Shown here piece by piece: positions 39,232 through 50,350 of a stretch of 64,000 nucleotides of DNA (positions are counted from its first letter, which is position 1; the number at the start of each line of letters is the position of its first letter). Under the pieces are notes generated by a model. That model was not told where the DNA came from. It saw nothing but the letters and a program-made list of their open reading frames with translations, and did not search any database. The DNA comes from Veleropilina oligotropha (taxonomy: Eukaryota): contig JBEUKZ010000054.1 in the NCBI GenBank assembly GCA_048128005.1, positions 930,001-994,000 on the forward strand, written 5' to 3'. A program made the position numbers and the translations under genes.

Positions 39232-40385
39232 GTGCATAGCTCTTTAGGAGAAAAAAATCAATTAAGTGTTCTTCAACTCTATCATTATGTGTGCAAGCAT
39301 CATGTACTATTTTTATTGCAAGTTGAAAACGTAGTCGAGTGGATCTTGTAGCCACACAGCATCCGTCCATCTGATGGAGACCTTAAACCTAGGTCTCAAA
39401 CTTCAATCCGACTACATTTTTTTATGTCCCCACCAATTTATTGGAGGGGCATATGTAGTTGCAAACATACTTACGTCCTTACTCTTGCCATAATAGTCAT
39501 ATTATCGCCAACCGGAAACAGTGAATAAAGTCACATTATGCACTCCTTTTAAGTCAAAACCACTACGATTACCTCCCCTGCTCCACCTCTCCTAAGTTCC
39601 CCCAGCGAGATCTCGCCAAGTCTCGCGAGACATCCGAGCTATCAAAGTCACAAGACCTCAATTCAAAGTTTTCCGCCGTGACGGAAAGACGTGTTTTTGC
39701 TCCGCAAATATTTCGAATTGTCTTCGATTTTTATGTTAAAATCGAGGACGCTAAATTAAGAAACTTATATCGTAATATAAGTTGTGGAATATACCCTGTG
39801 TTGTGGATATATAAACACAAGTGAATAGTGTAGATTGTGATTCTAAACTTCGAGAAGTTCTGGAAATCAAGTGAAACCGACATCGCCGCCGTTGCAGGGA
39901 AAAGCATGGCCGCTTAGAGGGGAAGTTTCGTGTAGTAGAAGAAATTTCTGGTCGGTATTTTTATCTGATATTGTTTGAGACTGCAAACAGGTAACACATT
40001 ATATTGGATAATTCCTTAACGACGCTTATTGCTGGTAATTTTGTATAAAAATTCTAGCGTCGTTAATAGGCAGGATTGTTTAGATATCACTTTTAGTTAT
40101 TCTGATATCCTGCCGTTGCTGGGATAATACGCCATTGTACTAACTTAAAAACATCCACGAGGTTTTCAGGTGTTTTCCTGGTCGGTTTTTTCTAAGAAAG
40201 AACCCCCGTTTGTTCTAGTCAATTTGCCGGGTTTATTACCCGGCCTCGGTGTCCCCAGTTCGGGGTTATTTTGCGGTATATCGCTTGATCTTTGATCTTC
40301 AGATCAGGGCAATTTAAAGAGTTGTAGTAGTAAAAGTCACAACTACCAAATATATACCTATTTATCTACCCCGTCCACCCACTAC

Positions 40386-42694
40386 CACTACTGCACATAT
40401 ACCCCATTAATTGCCCATTGTTTTCCCATTAACCGCACAGCCATTAATTTTGTACACCTTTAATGGTGGCAGATTAATGGGTGTAACCCATTATCAAACC
40501 ATTATTTTGTAAAACTATTAATGGCCTTTACCTTTTTAAATAATGGCCATTAAAATTACAAATTACCCGATCAATTTTAACTAATGGCCATTACAATGCA
40601 ATATTTAATGCCTATGAAAAACATGAATTAATGGCTATGAAAAAACCTGACCCATTAAAACATGACCATTAAAGGTGTACAAAATTAATGGAACCATTAA
40701 TTTAAGCCCATTAAACTATTAAATTAATGACCATTAACATAGTGAATATAATGGCCACTAAACATGGGCATTAATCTATTAATGGCCATTAATATACAGA
40801 TATGTTAGCAATATAATGGCCATTAAACACAAGCATTGGATTCACCACTGGCCATTAACATAGAGAAAGGTTTGAAATATAATGGCCATTAAATACAAGC
40901 TTTGAAATTCACTTAATGACCATTAATTTATTACTATACCCTATTATCACATACGTACTCCAGCTTGTCAATCCGGTACACACATAATATATAATATTAT
41001 ATATATATCTAATGTATGTGTAATAATATGTGTACTGGAATGGCCTGGTGCCAGCGACAAAAAGCTATAGCAGTATATAACATTAAATTAAGTGAATTTC
41101 AATATACATGTATACGAATATATATAAATATACATACATAATATAGTAAAGAGCAATCAACACTAAATGAAAAACATTTGATAATAATAAACAAATTCAA
41201 AATGTTAGTATTTTGTCAGTCTTTTGTACCAGAAGTCTTCAAAATATTAAGTGTTTTTCATAGCTTTCCAACAAGAAACAGCACTTGTGATTGCATGGTT
41301 GCCTCCCTTGATTTTCCTGCTTTTACTCATTGAAAATTTTGCAATCATTTTTAGATGTTTTTATTATTTTAAGATTAAAATTTGATACATCATGACAAAA
41401 ATATCAAATCAAAAGGTATGTCTTTGAATTAAATGTTGGTTCAAATTATATCATAGAATCTTTTCATTGAATTTGTTGTAATAACAATGGCACAATGTAA
41501 CTGGAGCTGACCATGTGCGTTCTGTTAATCATCAGCTGTGTAAGACTAAATTAAAAACATTTGATTTTATAAGCATAATTATGTGCATGCTTTTATATTT
41601 CATATTCGATTTATTGAACACTGAGGTTAGATAGATAATACCTGTTTTATCACAACTGAGATCAATTGAACTATATTTCTGTTGTTGGTCATCAAATTAT
41701 TATCAAATATATCAATTTCAGATTTTCTGTCCAAATGAATGAAGTTTGATTTGTATTACTTACTGTATAATCCAGAAGTTGATGCTTTTGTATGGCATAT
41801 TCATTTGAAAACAATCCTATTCATTACAGAAATAAAGCTCGATTTTCACAAATTTTGAAGTTCCATATCTCTGCTAGTCAGTTGAAAATTAAAAAATCCA
41901 AGTCTCATTATAAACTTCAAGCAACGGGATTTCAGTTCAAAATGATTTTCACCCTTGTGACCACATGTGACAGTGGATGTGATTGGATATAATATCATAT
42001 ATGTTGCCATGATCTGCTGGTCCACCATGCTGCTCCTTGCCCAACACTGTATAGATCGCCTTCCCTGATTGGCTAGGCATGATGTCATTTCAAAATGGCC
42101 ACCACAAAGCATGGTGCTTTGAGTTCCTGTATGAATTATCTATCTGTTTAACTCCCTAAATATTGCAATAAGGGACCAAAAATGCTATTTTTGTATTTGT
42201 ATGTGCCAAAGAAGGAATTGCATAAATTTGGTAAAGTGAAATTAAGTATTTAGTGAATTCATATTTTGTACAGTGGATGTAGGTCACATATATAATGGCC
42301 ATTAAACAGGGTATTAATGCCCATTAATGGATTCATGGCCATTAATGATGAATTTTACTTGTTGGTCAAGATATTCATGGCCATTATTTTTTTCATTTCT
42401 GACTCGTAAATCTTAATGCCCATTAAAACCTGACCGCTTTAATATTTAATGCCCATTAAGTACCCTCTTTACACACTTTAATGGGTCATTAAATTTGTAA
42501 TGGGTAAATATAGAGGGAAAATAATGAAATTTAATGGGTTAACCTCGTATTAATGGGCATTAAATCAAGGATGCAGTGTTGCCTCTAAAAGTTGGTAACA
42601 AGAATTAATGGTGAAGAGTTAATGGATTTACTGTTATTAATGGGATTTTAATGGGTTATTAATGGAATTTTAATGGTTGTCTCGTGCAGTAGTG
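40386..42694. mobile_element. Non-autonomous CACTA (EnSpm) DNA transposon
   Basis: termini CACTACTGCAC / GTGCAGTAGTG, 3-bp TSD TAC (40383-40385, 42695-42697), many subterminal CCATTAA/TTAATGG repeats, no transposase ORF. Confidence 0.88.
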
Positions 42695-42717
42695 TACCAC
42701 CCTCCCGTGTATCAGCT

Positions 42718-44888
42718 ATGGTCCGGTGCAGTAACTCCGGGTGTCACCAGAAGATTCACGGGTTTGATAAGCACACGGAATGCCGCGTTCACCGTAATTG
42801 TAGTCGTAAGTACCAATGTGAACTGTGCTTAGGTTTTTCAGAGAAGCAGTGGGCGATTCTTTTCCCTCCGGTGAAGCCGACCAGGGCGGCTGCCACGGTG
42901 GGTCCTCCCCCGGAGAAGGGTCAGGAAGAGACTAGTAAGTTAAGGGATAACGTTTCTTCTTTGTCTGCTTCAGGGACGCTGGACGACAGCCGACGTAAGG
43001 TACCGTCTGTCGCCGGATCTACCGGCGAAACCTCCGCGACTCATGGGGGAGTCGCCGAAACCTTGCCGGGACCCCAGATTCAGGTAACAGCCCGAGTGCA
43101 GACCGTTCCTCCTCAACCGGGCCTAGTAGCTGCAGCCAACCATACCTTGCCGGCTAACAAGGTATATCTGGCAGCGCAGCGAACAGCTGAGCAGGGCAGA
43201 CGATCCCCCTCCTATTCTCCGGCCTCGAAGAATCCGGGATTCGTTAGTCCTTCTGCGGGAAACTCTCCGTTTAACGACGGAGTGCAACCCAATGAGAAAG
43301 CCAATATAGAGGCCGGACACCATTACGATGGTCTAAGATCCGGACAATTGGCGACACCTGAAACCTCGGTCGAGACCGACGCGACTACCCCGAGGGGTTT
43401 TCCGCTCAACCTCGATGCTCACGAGTGTTTCAGAGGGCCCGTTCTCTCCCGTGCACCCACGATGGTCACGCTAGAGAACGTGGACAGACCGGCTGCGTTC
43501 GGTGAGGGGTTCTACGGCGGTTTTCCGACCGTGCCTCTCGCGAACAGAGCGGTAGACCGATACGGACTGTTGCCGCAGTCCTACCGGTCGTCCGGCCCAC
43601 CGAACGTGCCTTCGGGCCGTTCTTTCGGGTTCGACCGCTCGACAAGTGCCCCGAGACCCTGGTCCTCGGCTCCACCTGTCCATGCAGCCCGTCTACCTAG
43701 CGCCACGGTATCCTCGACAGAACTACCGGCTGTTAGTTCGACGCCCGTCCTGCCTCCGGGTTTCTCTTTGGAGAACGTCCAGGCATGGATCGCGGCGGGG
43801 TTCGAGGCCCAATGTAAGGACTGGCCGACGGCTCCCCAGCCGCGCCTGTTACCTACATTTCTGCCCATGGCGCAGAGCACGGCTCCTGCCTCCGTGATGG
43901 AGATCGACCCTCGTTCCGGCGAGGACCTCGATTCTTATCACTCCGACCTCCCTGAATCGGTCGGGCCCGAAGACGCAAGTCTTTCAGGCACGCAGGAGCC
44001 GACCTCCTCCACCCGCCGAAGGCTCGACGCCGTTGCGTCACTTCGCGGGGTGCTTGGCCTGCCGGAACCGACTCGGTCGGCCGTAGGTTCAGCCAAGCAC
44101 AGGACGGCAGCACATCGGTTTGTTGAGAGGGAAGCCCCCGTGCTTCCCTCCTTACCTCAGTCTGGGCTGGTCGATCTGGTGGTCGACTCGACGACCAAGC
44201 TCATACAGGGGCGCAATCCGGTGGAGTCCTCCCCGCTGACCGAGTTCCCTTCGGGGTTCCGTAGTGGGAGGTACCTCCGGGCCAGTGCGCGAGCGATCCC
44301 GTTCGCTTGTACTGGTCCGTTCCTTGGTCCGCCTTGGAAGCTTTCGAGAGCGCCGCCCGACGGGCTCTGCGGCTGTCGTCCGTTCAGGATTTTTTCCTGG
44401 ACGGGGCGATAGCCGTACTACAGGAGGAAGGACCCGGCGCCCGCGAGGCTGCCCTGTCCTTCCTTCAGGAGGTTGCTGCCGCACAGGAGACCAGCTCGTT
44501 GGAGACGGGACGTGTCCTGGGCAATGCACTCCTACTTCGTAGGGATGCTTGCCTGGAAGGCACCTCGCTAGACGAGGCCACCCGGCGCTCGTTGCGATGC
44601 GTGCCTTGCTCGGCCACCACTCTTTTTGGCGACAACTTTACGGAGTTCGTCGACAAGAGAGCGGCGGACATGAAGGACCGTGCCATCGAGAAGGCGGTAC
44701 TGCACCCCGCTCGGGGTCCACCTGCCGACTCGAGGAAGCGCTCAGGGCCCACCCGGACCCCGAAGCCTTCCAAGCGTGCGAAGCCCTCTTCTGGTGGTAG
44801 GCCTCCGGCCAATAAACCCATTCAGAGGAGGCGAGCACCTCCAGCGAAACCCTGTACGCAGAGCGGGAGAGGGAAGCCTCGGCCCTAG
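42718..44888 (+). pseudogene. gag: DIRS gag-like ORF1 (frameshift near 44300)
   Basis: ATG at 42718; N-terminal Cys/His cluster (CSNSGC..DKHTEC..H..C....CELC), low-complexity middle, helical C-terminal part (LLLRRDACL..LRCVP..LFG) in a second frame. Confidence 0.75.
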
Positions 44889-44931
44889 GGCTGCCGGCAT
44901 TTGCGACGGTCCCAGCTGCCCGCTTCCGCCG

Positions 44932-46933
44932 GTGGGAGCGTGTCTGTTAGCGTACAGCCAGTCGTGGCTGGAACTAACGGACAGCAGCTGGGTCCACTTA
45001 GTCGTGAGTGCCGGATACAAGTTGGCATTCAACCGGCATCCGACCCTAACCGAGGCACCACCACCAAGACACGCTCGCCTCCTAAACGGAGAGAAACAAG
45101 CGGTCTTAGACCAGGCAGTGCGGGATTTGCTCCTAAAAAGAGCGATATATCCCGCGCCGCCCAGCACACCAGGATTTTACAGCTATTTCTTCCTGGTCCC
45201 GAAACCCGATGGCCGCTGGCGACCGATCCTCGATCTCTCGCATCTCAACCGATATCTTCGCACCGAGAAATTCCAGCAAGAAACCCTCTCGAAGATATGA
45301 GCGGCCATCCGTCCGGGAGACTGGGCAGCGTCTATCGATCTGACCGACGCGTATCTGCATGTCCCGATGCATATCACGGCTCATCAGTACCTTCGGTTTA
45401 TACACGGGGAGACGATCTACCAATTCAGGTGCCTACCGTTCGGTCTATCGTCAGCCCCGTACGTCTTCACGAGAACAGTACAGGCCCTCGGAGCCTTCCT
45501 ACCTCGACGACTGGCTGATCCTCGGGGCGTCCCGAGATCTGTGCCTCCGGTCTACGAGCTTTACCCTGTCATCGACGAAGCGCCTGGGATTTCAGATCAA
45601 CGAGACAAAATCTTGCTTCGTGCCCTCGACGACGTTTACGTTCCTCGGAGTCGACTTCGATACGGTCCGGTACACCGCGAAACCGACCCAGAAACGTATG
45701 CGGAACCTACGCGCGGTTATTCAAGACACCCTGTCATCGGAGATAACTACGGCGCGACAACTGGCCACTGTCCTAGGGCACATCGAGTCGGTAGCGACCC
45801 TGCTACCGACGGGTCGAATGGACAAACGACCGTTACAACAGGCGTTCAGAGATCGCTGGATACAACGGACGGGGCAGTGGACGGATCGCATCGATCTTCG
45901 GCATTGATTTACCAACACAACAGCAGTGTGGTTGAACCCTGCTTTGCCGGACCAGTCGGTTCCTATATCCCCGCCAGAGCCGAACGCTTACCTGTTCACA
46001 GACGCTTCGAACGACGGCTGGGGTGGTCACCTCGACAGTTACGAGACATCAGGCCTATGGCCGACGGACCTTCAGGGACGACACCTCTACTTCCTAGAGT
46101 TAGAAGCCGTTTACCTGTCAGTACGGTCCCTCTCGTCACATCTCCGCAACAAGCACATAATGCTCGCCACGGACAACACGACTGTCGTCGCTTACATCCA
46201 GCACCAGGGCGGCACTCGCTCGCGTCCCCTTTGCGACCGAGCAATAGACCTACACCGCCTAGTGATGTCCCTCAACTCGACGATTCGAGCCCGACACATC
46301 CCGGGAAAGCTGAATGTCAGAGCGGATTCGCTCTCTCGGAAATCACAGATAATACACACAGAGTGGACGCTACACAGCCGAGTAGCTCGGGACGTTTGTC
46401 GCCGGTGGTCACAACCCCAAGTCGATCTGTTTGCAACAGAATTCAATTACCGACTACCTCTGTATGTCTCCCCGTACCCGGACCCGGCCGCCCTAGCGGT
46501 CGACGCACTGTCAATGACATGGGAGAATCTGTCCGCGTATGCCTTCCCCCCGTCGTGCATTCTGACACTGGTATTACAGAAGGCATCGAACGAACGTTGC
46601 GAGATAACGCTAATCGCGCCCCTGTATCGCACGCAACCTTGGTTTCCGACCCTCCTCGATCTGATCGTCGATCGACCGTTAACGCTCCCGCAGCGACCGG
46701 ACCTGTTAATGCAGGCGCGCAGCCGTGTACTACATCCATCGCCGAACGACTTACGTTTACACGCCTGGCGGTTATCGAACGATCCCTTGCTAAGAAAGGA
46801 TTTTCTCACGCAACAGCCCTACGCATCTACCGATCGAGAAGGCTTTCCACGACAAAAGTGTATGACTACCGATGGGTCAAGTACGTGGATTGGTGTCACA
46901 GCCGGCAGGTCAATATTCTCCGCCCCCCTGTGA
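44932..46933 (+). pseudogene. pol: DIRS reverse transcriptase / RNase H / adenine methyltransferase-like ORF, inactivated
   Basis: FYSYFFLVPKPDGRWRPILDL, IDLTDAY, LPFGLSSAP, YLDD, TDAS..GWG, ELEAV, TDN, ADSLSR, DLFA..YAFPP; stops at 45298 and 45905 and a deletion-frameshift near 45500. Confidence 0.9.
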
Positions 46934-47700
46934 ACAAGTTTATCGAGTTTTTATCGTCGCTCTTTGAACGCGGTATGTCAGTGTCCGCCGTCACGTTGAA
47001 ACAGTGCCGTGCCCATGTTGGCCTATCTAGCGACCGAACGATTTCGGATTTTATACGAACTCGAGATGCCGACCCGAACCATACGGCCACCTGCCTGGAA
47101 TATCGTTCTCATTCTTAACGCTCTACACTTACCCCCGTACGAGCCGATGTCCACGGTGTCTATGAGGAACTTAATGCACAAAACGGTTTTTCTGATCGCC
47201 TTAGCGTCGGGCAGGCGTTGTTCCGAAATTCATAGTTTATCCGCCGAGCTACGAGATATTCGATTCCAGTCAGACGGGTCGGTGATGCTGCGTCCTATCT
47301 TGGGTTTTCTCGCCAAGAATCAACGGCCGAGCGAGGACGCACCTGATATTATTATCCCCAAGCTTACGCTGGTCGGAAGGCACGATGCAGACCGGTTAAA
47401 CTGCCCCGTGCGTGCGCTACGCTTCTACCTCGACAGGACCCGTGATATGCGGCAAGGAAAATTACGTTTATTCATTTCGTATTTACCTACTTATACCCGC
47501 GACATTACGAAGACGACTGTTTCGCGGTGGATTTCACAGGTAGTGAGAGATGTATACTCTCGCTGTGAAGAAGTAGACCGCACTATTTTATCGGTCCGCG
47601 CGCACGAGGTCCGTGCAATTGCTGCTTCTATTGCCTTCCGACACAGTTTAAATATCACAGCGTTGCTTCAAGCAGGTTACTGGAAGAATGCAAATGTCTT
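46740..47700 (+). pseudogene. DIRS tyrosine recombinase, frameshifted and truncated before the catalytic Tyr
   Basis: PAWN, ALASGRRCSEI (R), AKN (K), CPVRAL, AHEVR (HxxR), GYW; frame breaks at NANV-TT|AGCAGC. Confidence 0.88.
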
Positions 47701-48150
47701 AGCAGCAGGGGGGGTGACCATACCTTTTATCTGGGGGTGCGGCGAGGGAAATTAAGGCTCCCAGCACTTTTCAGAATTAATATGGATCTCAACTCAGCAG
47801 CAGGGGGTGATCATACCTTTTATAATGGGAAAATAAGGCTCCCAGCACCGGTTCCGGGGGTGGTGACCATACCTTTTATCTGGGGGTGCGGCGAGGGAAA
47901 TTAAGGCTCCCAGCACTTTTCAGAATTAATATGGATCTCAACTCAGCAGCAGGGGGTGATCATACCTTTTATAATGGGAAAATAAGGCTCCCAGCACCGG
48001 TTCCGGGGGTGGTGACCATACCTTTTATCTGGGGGTGCGGCGAGGGAAATTAAGGCTCCCAGCACTTTTCAGAATTAATATGGATCTCAACTCAGCAGCA
48101 GGGGGGGTGATTGGACTTTTTAGAATGGGAAAATAAAGCGCCCAGCACTA
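47701..48150. repeat. 149-bp tandem repeat (~3 copies) in the putative left terminal inverted repeat
   Basis: GTGACCA at 47714, 47863, 48012; each unit has two sub-repeats ending AAGGCTCCCAGCAC; degenerate copy near 48347-48425. Confidence 0.88.
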
Positions 48151-48981
48151 TTTCAGAACTCAGGGTAGCTCGGACTAGTCAGCAGGGGAGTTTAGACTAG
48201 GGCCCCGGGGCGACCGGGAAGGCTCCCAGCTATATTTCAGACCCCAGGGTATATCGTGTATTACAAAAAAGTTACCGTGTGTACAGCGACATAGAGCCCC
48301 CAGGGACGGCCCACTACCCTCGCCGGCCCGGGCTCCTCAGTTATGCGAGCAGTAGCAGGGGGGGGGGGGGGTCAGTGTACTTTTTAGAATGGGAAAATAC
48401 AGCGCCCAGCACCATTTCAGAACCGAGCTGGTATTACTGTGGGGAACTAGGGATGTTCCCGGGGGTTAAATTATAACACTTACCTATGCTAGCCTGGCTC
48501 CTGTATGTTAATAGCTGTAACGTTATACCAGGAAGTATTGTTTCGCTATCAGAGTAATAATCGTAGCATGACAACAGGAAAATCTAGGACGACTTATGCG
48601 GTTGAATGGACGGCTATAGCTCATCGAGTCAATGAATAGCAATAACTCCATGAATACAAAAGCGAGCAGGCTCGCACAATAGCGTGCACTAGAGTGCAGC
48701 AGGTGTCATTTAAATTAAAACGCTTACCTGTGGATAGTTCGGATTCCTCTTTAGTTTTTATCATGTTTTGGTACTTAGTGTCCCTGCGGTTTTTGGCTAT
48801 AGCCAGTTCAAGTCTCTGCACCTACAGCCAAGTCGTCAAAACAGATTTTTTCAAGCCAATACCTTGGTCATCAGCCATTTCGGCCTGTGAGGCCTCGTCA
48901 GAGTATCTACCAGATACTGATGGCCCCGACTGACCAAGTTATGGTGGTGTGTCGGGTGCCTAGTTCTGTTGTTACGGTTGC

Positions 48982-49269
48982 CTATTCGTCGTCCTTCAGT
49001 AGGCTTTGCAGCCTGCGTACATCTGCGGCTGCTGCATCATGGGCAATTTCAAGCTCACGGAGTTTTTCGAGCATTTTTTTCATCCTCCACTTGGTTTTTT
49101 TCATGTTTTGGTATATGTTGTCCTTTCGATTTTTGGTTCGGGCCAGTTCCAGTCTTGTCGTATTTTTCGATACCTGATTATCGGCGGCTTCTTCATGCAG
49201 AAAGTTCTCGACAAAACCACGCTGTTGGTCCATTGTCAAATTAGGTAGTTTTCTTGTAATGCTATCCAT
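48982..49269 (-). CDS. Small basic/coiled-coil protein of the Polinton-like element (95 aa)
   Basis: ATG ORF with TATA-like box ~30 nt upstream; paralogous fragment at 48728-48821. Confidence 0.5.
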   Translation of the reverse strand: MDSITRKLPNLTMDQQRGFVENFLHEEAADNQVSKNTTRLELARTKNRKDNIYQNMKKTKWRMKKMLEKLRELEIAHDAAAADVRRLQSLLKDDE

Positions 49270-49298
49270 TTGTATGTGACTCGATACGTTATGGGGAG

Positions 49299-49520
49299 CT
49301 TATATAGTTTCTCTGTGCGTTCTACGGCCTTCTAGATCAGTTTATTGCCACATTCCCATATATAACCTCTGACGATATCTGTACTTTCTAGAAGCTTTCC
49401 ACGTACACATTTCCATATATAACTTGTTGACGAGCTCTGTTCGTTCTAGAGCTTTCCACGTACACATACCTGTTGACGATCTGTGATCATTCTAGAAGGC
49501 TGTATTGCCACGTGACCATG
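49299..49520 (-). promoter_or_regulatory. Putative promoter: CTATATAAG (minus strand) plus imperfect ~55-bp upstream repeats
   Basis: TATA-like box at 49299-49307; repeated TTCTAGA, CCACGT and TGACGA motifs. Confidence 0.35.
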
Positions 49521-50350
49521 ACTCCACTAGATTACTGTCTACCATGTAAACATGGGGACTGATATATTCTTTCTGTGCTAAACGGAATGTTGGGGACCAG
49601 AACAAGAAATCTGGGCCAATCTTTCTTGACTTGATCCAGTAACTTTCTATATCTGGGTCGACTCGGGACAGCGAGGTATTTCATTCATACGCGCAGAAGC
49701 GGCCAGACAGCATTTCTATAGTACTATAGAAATGGCGTGTCATGCTTTTAACAACTGTTGCCATTCATAAATCAGGCACAAATGAACCAAGTAGATAGCT
49801 GCATGGGATATTAATATTATTATTTAATACATTGATGTCTCTCCTAGTGTAGTTCTAAGCGCAGTACAAACTATAACTAATATTACAGTACAATGTACAC
49901 AAGAATATACAGGAGAGACATCAATGATACATACTTAAGCAATAATAAATATTTACTGCGTATGCATGTAAATTATGTTTGTGCAGTACATAACATGTTT
50001 TTTGCTAAATAATAAATGTAGCTAATTATTGTTTGTAAAGTAGTGTGTTTTAATATCAATTACATATATAATTAACCGTAGCCATACATCAGTAAGATGG
50101 TAATTCGCCCGTGCATTAGTAAAGGAACCCCCGTTTATTTGGAATAAAAATAGTTCGGTACAGGGTCTTGTATTAATGCGCATAACTTTTCAGTTGTACT
50201 TCGTACGTGAGACAAAGAAGGTTTATCTCAACTTGCTCGTGTTTATCATCCTTTATACGCTTCTTTCGGCGTTTCCTTTATACTTTTAATACACGACGTT
50301 TCCGTGTTCCTTCAATATACGCTTTATAAGGATCGAGTTTCGCATCCATT

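Larger units (their letters stand above)
39495..47700 (+). mobile_element. DIRS1-type YR retrotransposon, decayed, interrupted by CACTA and cut at 47700
   Basis: gag, RT/RNaseH/methyltransferase and overlapping YR frames in DIRS1 order; left boundary approximate; 3' part not in window. Confidence 0.85.

Noticed and set aside
40198..40211. GAACCCCCGTTT shared between the DIRS leader and the Ngaro A repeat
   Set aside because: 12-bp match with no flanking similarity; chance is sufficient
42673..42717. ORF-track start of the 579-aa gag ORF
   Set aside because: It begins inside the CACTA right end; the plausible start is ATG 42718
45367..47118. 583-aa ORF as a novel RT-recombinase fusion protein
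   Set aside because: A deletion near 45500 joins the RT frame to the overlapping YR frame of a decayed DIRS
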